Shown here piece by piece: positions 52,146-64,000 of a stretch of DNA of 64,000 bases. Both the position numbers and the translations under genes were made by a program. The stretch is from Octopus sinensis (taxonomy: Eukaryota): NCBI RefSeq assembly GCF_006345805.1, contig NC_043000.1, forward strand, positions 100,378,001 through 100,442,000, in the 5' to 3' direction. Position 1 is the first letter of the stretch. Each line of letters starts with the position of its first letter. The notes beneath the pieces were generated by a model. That model did no database searches. It was given only the letters and a program-made list of their open reading frames with translations, and was not told where the DNA came from.

Positions 52146-52193
52146 TCATAAATACGTGCATACATACATATAAGGCTGTCTGTCTATTTATCT

Positions 52194-52224
<31 letters not shown>

Positions 52225-52225
<1 letters not shown>

Positions 52226-54362
52226 ATTATTTAATAACAGCTTAACTCGGTTCCATGCAACTTAAAATCTCTTGGGCTCGTAAAACTGGTATATAAGTTA
52301 ACTACATCAAATGAAACCAGGATTGTTTCTTCCTTGGCTTTTTTTGGAATGTGGTTTAACATATCTAAGTCATCTCTGATATGGCTATCGATATGTTTAA
52401 GGAAGGGTTTCAGGAGGATGTCCATAAATAGACTTAGTCTACACCTAACCCGGAGGACCTAAAACTACTACCCATTGTAGCTGGCCCAACCTGTGAAACA
52501 CACAGACTAAGTCTATTTATGGACATCCTCCTGAAACCCTTCCTTAAACATATCGATAGCCATATCAGAGATGTTAAACCACCTTCCAAAAAAAGCCAAG
52601 GAAGAAACAATCCTGGTTTCATTTGATGTAGTTAACTTATATACCAGTATACCTCATAATTATGGACTAGAGGCAATACAGTTCTGGCTGGACCAAGTTC
52701 CGGAAGAAATACCAAAAAGAATCAGTAAAGAATTCATTACTAAATCAATTGAATTCATCCTACATAATAACCACTTCATGTTTGACAATACATTTTACCG
52801 TCAAAAATCCGGAATTGCTATGGGTACAAGGGCAGCACCAGTCATTGCGAACCTAACAATGGGCTACATGGAAATAATCATTTACCAGGAATCTTTATCA
52901 ATCTTTGGAAACCCCCTTTCTCAATACATAAAAGAGAATTGGAAACGATTCTTAGACGATTGTTTTATACTCTGGAATGAAAACACAGATAAACTCCTAA
53001 AATTTAAAAACCTATTGAACAGCATAAACCCAAATATACAGTTCACAATGGAATACAACCAAAAGGAGCTCCCGTTCTTGGATATACTAATTAAAAAAAT
53101 TAACCTTAAAATAGAAACAGACATTTTTTACAAAGCACAGACGCCAAACAATACCTTTTTTTTTACAGACAGCCACCAAGACACACTAAAACAAACATCC
53201 CCTTCAACCTTGCAAGAAGGATATGCACAATAGTGTCAGAACAAAATACCAGGAACTTTAGACTGCAAGAACTCAAAAACGCCCTAATTGACAGACATTA
53301 CCCAGCTCAACTCATAGAGGATGGGATCAGACGTGCAACAGAAATCAACATAGAAACTTTAAGAAAAGTTCAACACAACAACACACCTTCCCCGAAAATA
53401 CTACCTTACATATCTACATACAACCCCAGAAACAAAGAAGCCTTCACCATCATCACCCAGAATTTACCAATACTTCATAAGGACCCCAAATTAAAGGAAA
53501 TTCTAAACATACACCAAATCATTAAAAGCTACAAACAACCTAAATCACTTAAAAAGATTCTCACAAAGGCAAAATTGTTTTCTGAAATTACGGATGCAAA
53601 AGTAAAATAAATGTGGTAGATCGAACTGTGCAACATGTCCAAACCTGCTAGAAGGATCAGAATTCCTCTTTAAAGAGGGACAGAAATTCAAGATAAAATC
53701 TAATTTTACTTGTGCCCCTGAAAACATAATTTATGTCATAAAATGCTCGGGCTGCCACCAAGACTACGTGGGATCCACGGGACTATCACTCAGACGTAGA
53801 TGCACACTGCATCGACAACAGATTGCATTCCCAGAATACAGAATGATACCTTTTAGTGAGCACATTGAGAAATGCGCAAAGCAACTACTACCACAATTTT
53901 TAATCTTTCCATTTTACCAATGTGCTATCGGATCATCAACATAAATTAGACTAAACAAGGAAACATTTTTCATTGAAAAGTACAAGCCCAGACTTAACCA
54001 TGGCAACATACTGATACAGAGAAATTCAAATCAAGGTAAAGGAAAAAATTTTAAGCGATTATCTCCCTTACACCGGAAGAAATCACTCATTACCTCCCCT
54101 TATTTAGAACTCTTTTGAACATAAACCTAACGATAACTCTATTCAACATAAACATAACGTCGTAAGAAATTTGAAAAGCTAAACGCGAAACCGGTCTTTC
54201 TTCTAAACTATGTCATTGTAAGGAAAAAAAACTTTTTAATATTCTTCAGACATATTGACGCAAATATATATATTTTTTAACCTTTAAGCCTTCTGTAGTT
54301 TTTTCACTTTTTACTATTTTCTATATATTCAACCACGTGCTTTCACAAACAACTTTCTTATC
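52225..54362 (+). mobile_element. Neptune-like Penelope element (RT + GIY-YIG), 5'-truncated with fold-back duplication of the ORF start
   Basis: LLPIVAG, SFDVVNLYT, GIAMGT, WKRFLDDC, KCGRSNCATC and IYVIKCSGCHQDYVGST; frameshifts; 52285-52440 is inverse to 52504-52648. Confidence 0.9.
54164..54202 (+). ncRNA. Minimal type I hammerhead, U3-A8 variant
   Basis: aagaaa-t-TTGAAAA-gc..gc-GAAA-ccgg-TC-tttctt. Confidence 0.55.
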
Positions 54363-54365
54363 TAT

Positions 54366-54399
<34 letters not shown>

Positions 54400-54400
54400 C

Positions 54401-54862
54401 ATAGAGTGAAATATAATTAATTTAATAAAATCAACAAATTTCACCTAGTAGTATTTCGGTATGGAAAAGGACCATATTCGGTAAAAATTTATATAATTAT
54501 AATAATAAGGGTTTTTTGCAACAAGTTGCTTAAACCACATGCCAAAAATATTAGAAATAGCAGCCAAAGGACTACAATTTCCTTTTACTACAAAAATAAG
54601 TCTCCACAGACAACAATATTTGTAACTCACATATGGTAGAAAAAGAAGAAAAACAACGAAATCACACATGATTAATCCGAAGACTGTGTGATTTCGTTGT
54701 TTTTCTTCTTTTTCTGCCATATGTGAGTTACAAATATTGTTGTCTGTGGAGACTTATTTTTGTAGGAAAAGGAAATAGTAGTCCTTTGGCTGCTATTTCT
54801 AATATTTTCGGTATGTGGTTTAAGCAACTTGTTGCAAAAAACCCTTATTATTATAATTATAT
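54401..54862. mobile_element. Large fold-back element with left tail
   Basis: 178-bp arms 54491-54668 and 54685-54862; 16-nt loop; (TA)n flanks. Confidence 0.9.
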
Positions 54863-54879
54863 ATATACATATATATATA

Positions 54880-54942
<63 letters not shown>

Positions 54943-55139
54943 TTGGGTAAACATGTACGTGCCTTTATATGTGTGTATGTGCGTGCGTGTTCTTGCATAC
55001 GTCTTTGTATATATGCACACATGCCTACGATTATATTTCTTAGGCAAACCAAGATGATAAATACAAGACTTTTCCAGAATGTGTATGTTATAACTTATGG
55101 TGTTTCTTTTGTTATTGATTTTGTGATGGACAAAGTATA

Positions 55140-55890
55140 GGAGTGACTAAATTATGGGACAGCCTGTGTCAATGGGAGAAAGTTATGCGACGCAGACTAT
55201 TCATACGACATGATACCGATGTCAACTACTCTGGAACCGATGCAGGAAATTCGATCCAGAAAGGAAAATAAGTTTGAAATGGAAATTAATAAATGTACAG
55301 TATAACAACTGTGGTTGTGATTGTTCAACAAGAGGGGAAAGGGAATGGTTTCAAGCCACATAGCTCTTAAAATCGTTTGCGCAGTCGTATCCTGTAATGG
55401 CTCTCTCAATATGAAATTTCAAATGAGACCAAAGATGACCGAAGAAGCGATGTTAATGTTGGAACCAATATAGATTAGAAACACAATTCAGCATAAACAA
55501 AAACAAAACTTGATATTACTCTTCTGCAAAAGGTTTTAACGTATGGACCAACCTTCATCTTGATATTGTTCAGTAACTACTGAAGCAAAATTCCTGGCTT
55601 TTGAAAATAAAGCTTTGACGAGTGTACGTCCATAAGGAATGCAGTTATGTTAAATTCTCGACATGGAAATGGATGGGTCCTGTGCTCAAAAGAGACGGAG
55701 CTTTTTATCAAGCAAACGTTAAATGGTGAAATATAGGAAGTGAGATATGTAGCAGACCAAGAGAAACATAGCTAAGAAGTGTGACAAAAGAGAGGTCGGG
55801 GAATGAGATTAGATGGACATGAATAAATGGCTCAAAACAGAAGTCTGTGGCATGAGTTCATAAAAGCCCTATGTATTTGGAGTTTGCAGG
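55140..55890 (+). mobile_element. Degenerate RTE-like LINE 3' half
   Basis: GRKLCDADYSYDM (DLDYADD-like), FLAFENKAL, WKWMGPVLKRD and [15 protein letters not shown]. Confidence 0.65.
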
Positions 55891-55892
55891 AT

Positions 55893-55894
55893 CG

Positions 55895-55981
<87 letters not shown>

Positions 55982-55985
55982 CATC

Positions 55986-56034
<49 letters not shown>

Positions 56035-56035
56035 C

Positions 56036-56076
<41 letters not shown>

Positions 56077-56120
56077 ATCTATCTATCTATCTATCTATCT
56101 ACCTATCTATCTATCTATCT
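55893..56120. repeat. (TATC)n array
   Basis: Seen directly. Confidence 0.95.
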
Positions 56121-56834
<714 letters not shown>

Positions 56835-57159
56835 ATGGATGAAAGAAAGTCATTATAGTTTTATGAAATTAATTTTTTTATAATTTCAGTTCTGGTAATT
56901 TACATGCTTTTCTTACATAAATTACATGCTGCAGAAATTTCAGCGCAGTAGCATATTTGTTAGCAGATTATTTGTTAGCATAACATGGGAACTTACAGAG
57001 CTGATATCATGAAAGGTTATTTTAAATTTTATTCATTTCTATTTGTTTTCCTTTATACATCGGCATGATTAAATCGTATTTTATGCAAATGAAACCGGTA
57101 GTATTTTTCCTTTGAAATAAATGTAAACACTTTCTCTTATTTATGTCAGTAGGTATACT

Positions 57160-57224
<65 letters not shown>

Positions 57225-57589
57225 TATATATTATATATATGTGTGTGTGTGGTGTGTGTGTGTGTTCTGAAATCAGCGCTACATGGCCAATAACAATGAA
57301 TTTTCTGTTCACAGAACGGGTCTGTTAATATTAGCCAGCCAGTTAGTTATCTGACTGTATGCCAAAATACGTTATGTTGAGCCAAAATTATCTCGCTACA
57401 GGCTATCGGCCCAAATAAACGGTGTGTGTAACTTACATAATAAAGAATAATTTATACTCCACCTTCCGGTATTAACTACGCTGTCTTCCGTTTGTCGTCA
57501 GTAACATGTGTGTGTACGTGCGTGCGCGTGTTTGTGTGTGCGTATGTGTGTGTGTCTGTGCGGGTGTATTCGTGTATCCGTTTCTGTAA

Positions 57590-57750
57590 CGGGGTGTAGC
57601 CAAAACTTTAGAGTGCTGGGCTAGCGATCTTGAGGTCGATTCTTCGTTTTCACGGCATTGAATTCTTGAGCAAGATATTTCATTTCATGATGATTCATTT
57701 CACTCAGCCGGAATAAATATTAACGGCAGCTGGACTGGTTAACATTGTTA
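57590..57750 (+). mobile_element. SINE family C remnant
   Basis: ggggtgtagcc..gaggtcgattc..ttgagcaagatatttcatttc..cactcagc. Confidence 0.5.
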
Positions 57751-58130
57751 CTTATTGATACGCCATTCTGTAGGGTATTTTATACTGCTGTCACTGAAAC
57801 TCAGCGGAAACTTATATACATACATACGTACATACATACGTACATACATACATACATGCATACATACACACACACCACACACACATATATATATACATAC
57901 ATATATACATACATACATACATACACACATATATACACACAGATACAAACACATACACACATGCATACACACACATACACACATATACGCACACGTTTAT
58001 GTACGTAAAAGTTAAACGTATGAGCGTGTGTGGTTAGTAAAGATTCAATATATCCTATGTATGAAATGTAAAGACTTTCAAGGCAGCAGCTGCTGATCTC
58101 AAGAGACACATGCGTTTCAATAGAACATGA

Positions 58131-59288
58131 TTACCGCTTTACTTCGCCAATCTCTTTGTTGGCTACATTGAGGCCCAAGTATTCTCCCAATTCTCCGGGC
58201 CGACCCCAGAACTATACGGTCGTTACATAGACGACTGTATAGGCGCCACCTCCCTTTCCCGCGAACAACTCTGCCACTTCATCTCTTTCCTCTCTAACTT
58301 CCACCCCTCTCTACAATTCACTTCCACCATATCCAATACTTCCGTTAACTTCCTAGATATCTCACTCAGCATCGACCACCCCTCCCACTCTCTCACCACC
58401 TTCGCCTTCTTCAAACCCACGGATTCCCACCTCTATCTCAACTTCTCCTCCTCCCATCCCTTCCACACCAAACGGGCTATCCCCTACTCCCAGTTCCTCC
58501 GCCTCCGACGCTTGTGCAGCCGCGACCAGGATTTCGAGACCCAGTCTCAATACCTGGCCCGCCTGTTCAGGCTTCGAGGATACCCACCTACCCTGGTCTT
58601 GAACGCCCTCGCCCGCGCTCGTCGCATCGACCGCACCACCGCCCTTTCTCCTTCCAATCACCCACCCCCCAACCGCACCCCCTTTCCCCTCCTTTTCCAC
58701 CCCTCTACTCTACCCCTTCGTCGGAAGATACTTCGTGCCTTCCGTCGTCTCCAGCTCGATTCCACGACCCACCCCATTTTCCCCAACCCACCCCTGTCCT
58801 CCTTCAAACGAGCCCGGAATCTACGCGACCTCCTGGTCCGTAGCACCCTCCCTTCTTCCCCCTCGGCCCCACTCGGATCCTTCCCATGCTCCAGATCCCG
58901 CTGCAACACCTGCCCCTTCATCACCAACACCACTGCTGTCACCGGTTCCAACCGGCGAACTGTACGTATCGGGTATTCCTTTACGTGCACCTCGTCTGGA
59001 CTCATATACTGCATTAAATGCAACCGCTGCAGGATGCTGTATATAGGACAGACGGGACGCCGGTTGTCAGACCGATTCACCGAGCATCTGCGGGATGTTC
59101 GTCTATTTTCCAATTCTCCCGTCGCACGGCACTTCCGCTCAGCCAGCCATTCCCCCGATGACATCTCGGTGTTTGGTCTTGCCCCACACAACGGCTCTCC
59201 CCAATCTAGGCTTCACTTGGAGCAACGGTTCATATTCCTTCTACGGACTCTAACCCCACACGGACTCAGCACAGCCCCCTCCTCTTAG
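58131..59288 (+). CDS. Neptune-like PLE RT thumb + GIY-YIG ORF, uninterrupted but 5'-truncated (386 codons)
   Basis: FANLFVGYIE, YGRYIDDC, FLDI, HPFHTKRAIPYSQFLRLRRLCS, CSRSRCNTC and LIYCIKCNRCRMLYIGQT; frame read open from 58131 to the stop at 59288. Confidence 0.9.
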   Translation, partial: LPLYFANLFVGYIEAQVFSQFSGPTPELYGRYIDDCIGATSLSREQLCHFISFLSNFHPSLQFTSTISNTSVNFLDISLSIDHPSHSLTTFAFFKPTDSHLYLNFSSSHPFHTKRAIPYSQFLRLRRLCSRDQDFETQSQYLARLFRLRGYPPTLVLNALARARRIDRTTALSPSNHPPPNRTPFPLLFHPSTLPLRRKILRAFRRLQLDSTTHPIFPNPPLSSFKRARNLRDLLVRSTLPSSPSAPLGSFPCSRSRCNTCPFITNTTAVTGSNRRTVRIGYSFTCTSSGLIYCIKCNRCRMLYIGQTGRRLSDRFTEHLRDVRLFSNSPVARHFRSASHSPDDISVFGLAPHNGSPQSRLHLEQRFIFLLRTLTPHGLSTAPSS

Positions 59289-59399
59289 TGACTGCGCTCT
59301 ACTTCTCCCCCCGCATCTTTTATTTTTTATTTTTTATTTTTTGTTTATTAATTATTATTTATTTTTAATTTTTTAAATTTTTATAATTGTCCTTATGCA

Positions 59400-62300
59400 G
59401 TCACACACACATACTCACGTACCCACGAACACACCTACTCCCAACACACCACACACACACAACGTACATGCACATGTACGCACACATACTTCCACACCCA
59501 TACACACACCCACACACCCCCACGTGCACACACACACATGCCCGTGCACACACACCAGGGACAATACTCATACAGATACGCACACTCCTATAAACACCTA
59601 GCTGGGACGCACAGATACACGCACGTAAGCGCACACAAGCACATGTACCTTACGCCGACACAAATCCAAACCCCCCACACGTATACATTCACACACACAC
59701 ATACATACGTACACACACATAATACATACATAGATACATTCATACATACATATATACATACACACACACGCACACATACATACATACATACATACATACA
59801 TTCATACATACATACATACATTCATACATACATACACACACACATACATACATACACACACATACATACACACAAAAAATACATACACACACACATACAT
59901 ACACATATGCACACATACATACATTCACACACACACATACATACACACATACATACATACACATACATATACATACACACATACATACACACACACCGAC
60001 CCACACACACACGCACGCACACATACATACACACACATACATACATGCATACATACACACACGTACACACATACATACATACAACACACATACATACACA
60101 GATACACACATACACACAAACATACATACACACACATACACACAAACACATACACACACATACATATACATACATACATACACACACACACACATACACA
60201 AATACACACATACATACACACACACACATACACACATGCATATATGCATACACACATACATACATATACATACATACACACACATACATATACACACATA
60301 CGTACACACACGCACATACACACATACACGCATGCACACATACATACATATATACACATACATACACACACATACATACACACACACTTACATACATACA
60401 TACATACACACACATACACACACACATACACACATACATACACACATACATACATAGACACATATATATACATACACACACACATACATATACATACATA
60501 CATACAGACACACACATGCACACATACACGCATGCACACATACATACATACACACACACATACTATACACACATACATACATACACACACGCATACATAT
60601 ACATACATACATACACATACACATACACACACACACACTTACACACATACACCCGTCCATACATACATACACACACATACATACACACTTACACACATAC
60701 ACACATACATACACACACGCATACACACATACATCAAAAATTTGTCCTACGAAGAAAGGCTGAGGACGCTCGACCTTTATTCTCTTGAAAAACGCCGCCG
60801 CCGTGGTGATCTCATTCTCGCCCACAACATCATATGCGGAAAGTGTAACCTCTCGAAAGAGCTGTTCTTCACTCCTGCTCCAGAGCGTCGGCTGCGGGGT
60901 CATTCCGAAAAGCTCTACCTGCGACGATTTCATCTCAATCGAAGGAGAGGAGCTTTCTCCGTCCGGGTTGCGGATCCGTGGAACAAGCTGCCAGACGAGA
61001 TGGTGAAGATGCCGACGACCGCTTTGTTCAAAGCCTCCCTTGACCTCAAGTGGCCTGAACTCTTTACATGAACACCACCCTGTACTTAACTCCATTTCCC
61101 CCTACATAGCCTTGCTATTTGCTTTTGAGCCAAATTAACTAACTAACTAACAAACTAACACACATACAAACACACATACATACATAGATACATACATACA
61201 CAAACATACATATACATACACACACACATACACACACACATACACACACACGCACGCACACATACATACACACACATACATACACACACTCGTACATACA
61301 TACATACATACACACAAACTTACATACACATACATACATACACACACATACATACATACGCACATACATACACACATATACATACATACACACACACATA
61401 CACACACACATATATATACATACATACAAACACACACACATGCACACATACACGCATGCACACATACATACATACACACACATACATACACTACATACAT
61501 AAATAGATACCTACACACACATACATAAACATACATATGTACACACACGCACATACACACATACACGCATGCAAAAATGCATACACACATACGTACATAC
61601 ATACATACACACACACATACATACATACGTACGTACATACATACATACACACACACATACACACACACACACATACATACATACATACATACATACATAC
61701 ACACATACACACACACATACACACATACATACATACACACATGCATGCATACACACATACACACACACATACACACATACATACATATACACACGCATAT
61801 ATATACATACATACATACACATACACACACATACACACATACATACACACACACATATAAACACACATATAAGCCCCTACATTGTACACACACGCACACA
61901 TATATACATACATTCACTCGCACGCACGTACACACACACGCACACACACACACACACATTTACATATATATATATACTATACACTCACACACACATACAC
62001 GCGTACAAACACATACACACCGACAGATATACATACACAATATACACCTATCCGCGCACGCACACATACACAGAAACACATACAAACGCACACATACACG
62101 CACATACATACACTCTCACACAAATGAACCCACATATACATCCCCCTACACACACACACGCACGTAAAAGCACACACGTACTAGGTTACGCCACACAACC
62201 ACACTCTACGCATACACACACGAACACACACATGTACACACACTACAAACAACACACACACTATGATGTTTTTTGACCTGGCTTTGACCTAGCTTGTCAC

Positions 62301-62430
62301 AAACAGCTAGCAGTCATCACCACAGCTGGCTTTGTCATTACCTCTATTCACCAAAAATACACACACACACACACACGCACGCACAAACACACTTGTCATC
62401 TTGCACACACACACACACACACACACACAG
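59400..62430. repeat. About 3-kb degenerate (CA)/(ATAC) array
   Basis: Seen directly; interrupted by a LINE fragment. Confidence 0.95.
60733..61158 (+). mobile_element. CR1/L2-group LINE 3' end with (TAAC)n tail
   Basis: LSYEERLRTLDLYSLEKRRRRGDLI..LRGHS..FSVRVADPWNKLP..FKASLD*, then a short UTR and taac repeats. Confidence 0.9.
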
Positions 62431-62479
62431 GCATTCCCTTTTTTTGGAACTCTCTTGCATTATAAAACCATTTTTCAAC

Positions 62480-62726
62480 TAACTCCAAATTCTGTTCTTT
62501 TCAACATGTGATCTCTTAAGCACCACCAGCTCAAATATTGTCTCCTCTGTCTTCCCTCCTTGGGATCTTTCCTTCTCCTTGTTTCCGACGAAGAGCTCCG
62601 CTCGAAACGTTAAACCCTCCTTCCCTTCTTTCCTGAGCGTCAATAATACTTTAATTGTTCCACGTCCAGCGTTGCTGTGTTTTTTTCTCTTTTTTCTCTC
62701 TTTTTTTCTGTGTTTTCTTGTTGGAT

Positions 62727-62732
<6 letters not shown>
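62480..62732 (+). mobile_element. PLE 3' end with hammerhead (family H1), possibly the terminus of the 58131 element
   Basis: gttt-CCGACGA-agagc-tcc-gctc-GAAA-cg-TT-aaac at 62581-62615; ends ttggattaac then (TA)n. Confidence 0.75.
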
Positions 62733-62774
<42 letters not shown>

Positions 62775-62785
62775 TATGTATATAT

Positions 62786-63979
62786 ATAGTGCGTAAGATA
62801 TTTGAGAACATACCTTTTTTGCTAACTCTGTATAATCATTGTTGCAGAAAATAATAACAGCAGACCCTCAGCTTACTCAAAAAATGAAGATGCATGCTGT
62901 TATTGTGGTTATAAAGGCTGAGTATAGCGACTTAGAAATATCTCAATTTTTAAAAGTTGCTAGATCTTTCGTCTACAAAGTTTGTAAGGAGCTAGAGACT
63001 AAAGATGGAAACGTATCACCAGTATCAAAGCATAAAAAGCATTCTAAACGCTCTGAAATCATCAGAACACCTGAATTTATCCAGCAAGTTCAACACACCA
63101 TTGGTTACAATCCTAGAAAGTCCATGAGGTCAATTGCAAAAGATCTCCATGTGTCAGAAGAATGAATCAGAAATGTTATCCACGAAGACATCAGATATAA
63201 GTCTTATATGATGTCAGAAAAAGTAAAAGAAAATCACTACATCAGATCTAAAGGGCTCTTAAACAAACTGACAAATTCAGCAGAAGATTTGATATGGTTT
63301 TTCTCAAACGAGAGAAACTCCGACTATGTTCAAAACGTTAACAGAAGAAATGACTGATGGTTATGTGCTGGCCCTTCTGAAGTTACAAGTGTTATGCATA
63401 CAACATTTCCTGCAACTGTCGTAGATTTAGTACATGTGATCCCTCCTTCTTTCCACAAGGCCTTAGAGTTAACTCTGTTGCCTACATTGAGGTCCTGGAA
63501 ATAATTGTTAAGCTCTGGACAGACAGTGTATGCAATGGATGACCACATGTGTTTCAGCATGACTCTGCACTATCACACATGGCTCTAGTAACACAGGAAT
63601 GGATGGCTGAAAATGTTCATGATCACATAACTCTTAACATTTGGCCTTCTAATTCTCCAGATCTCAATCTATTGGACTATTACATGTGGAGCGTTGTTGA
63701 GGTCAATGAACACGCCCATAACACCAATGATTCTTTGGAAGCTGCCATAGTCAGAGTAATGTCCAAAATGAACCAGGACCACTTGATTCAAGCGTGTAGA
63801 TGATTTAGATCTCTTATAGAAGCAGTTGTTGAAGCTGAAAGTGGCTTTATTGAATAACACTATAGATAAGGTTTATTTTTTTCCTCATAGCATATTTTGA
63901 TAAATAAATTTATTATCTGTTGTTATATATCAGCATTTTTATAAAGATAAATCTGTCCTCAAATATCCTATGCACCCAC
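62786..63979 (+). pseudogene. maT/DD37D-like (Tc1/mariner superfamily) transposon relic with both TIRs
   Basis: TIRs gtgcgtaagatatttgagaaca / tgtcctcaaatatcctatgcac; NPRKSMRSIAKDL, FQHDSA and WPSNSPDLNLLDYYMW; stops and frameshifts. Confidence 0.85.
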
Positions 63980-64000
63980 AAACTGTATGCATATATATAC

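Noticed and set aside
59538-62276. Long His/Thr/Tyr- or Cys/Val/Met-rich ORFs (up to 416 aa), and similar ones at 13529-14006, 24815-26257 and 28584-28992
   Set aside because: They are translations of (CA)n/(TA)n/(ATAC)n arrays that lack stop codons by composition, not genes.

Overview
This is a 64-kb, AT-rich, microsatellite-saturated eukaryotic window. It is most likely from an octopus (coleoid cephalopod), inferred from recognising the SINE families rather than from a database search. No host protein-coding exon could be recognised; almost every ORF in the supplied track is a translated microsatellite or a transposon fragment. The window is a mosaic of four Penelope-like retroelements (PLEs: one Hydra-like, three Neptune-like), fragments of Tx1/L1, R4/Dong, RTE and CR1/L2-group LINEs, three tRNA-headed SINE families, mariner and maT transposons, two MITEs, Helentron-type non-autonomous elements and one 100-N gap. 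The most striking feature is a series of 11 short non-coding fold-back (hairpin) elements of 0.15-1.1 kb, nearly all embedded in (TA)n. Most have two inverted arms plus a tail on one side only, the same architecture seen at the ends of the RT-encoding PLEs in this window. Several of these elements and PLE ends carry hammerhead ribozyme (HHR) motifs, including a compensatory U3-A8 core variant and a canonical HHR in a 467-bp retrozyme-like repeat unit. All coordinates and translations were read by eye; boundaries of degenerate elements are approximate.
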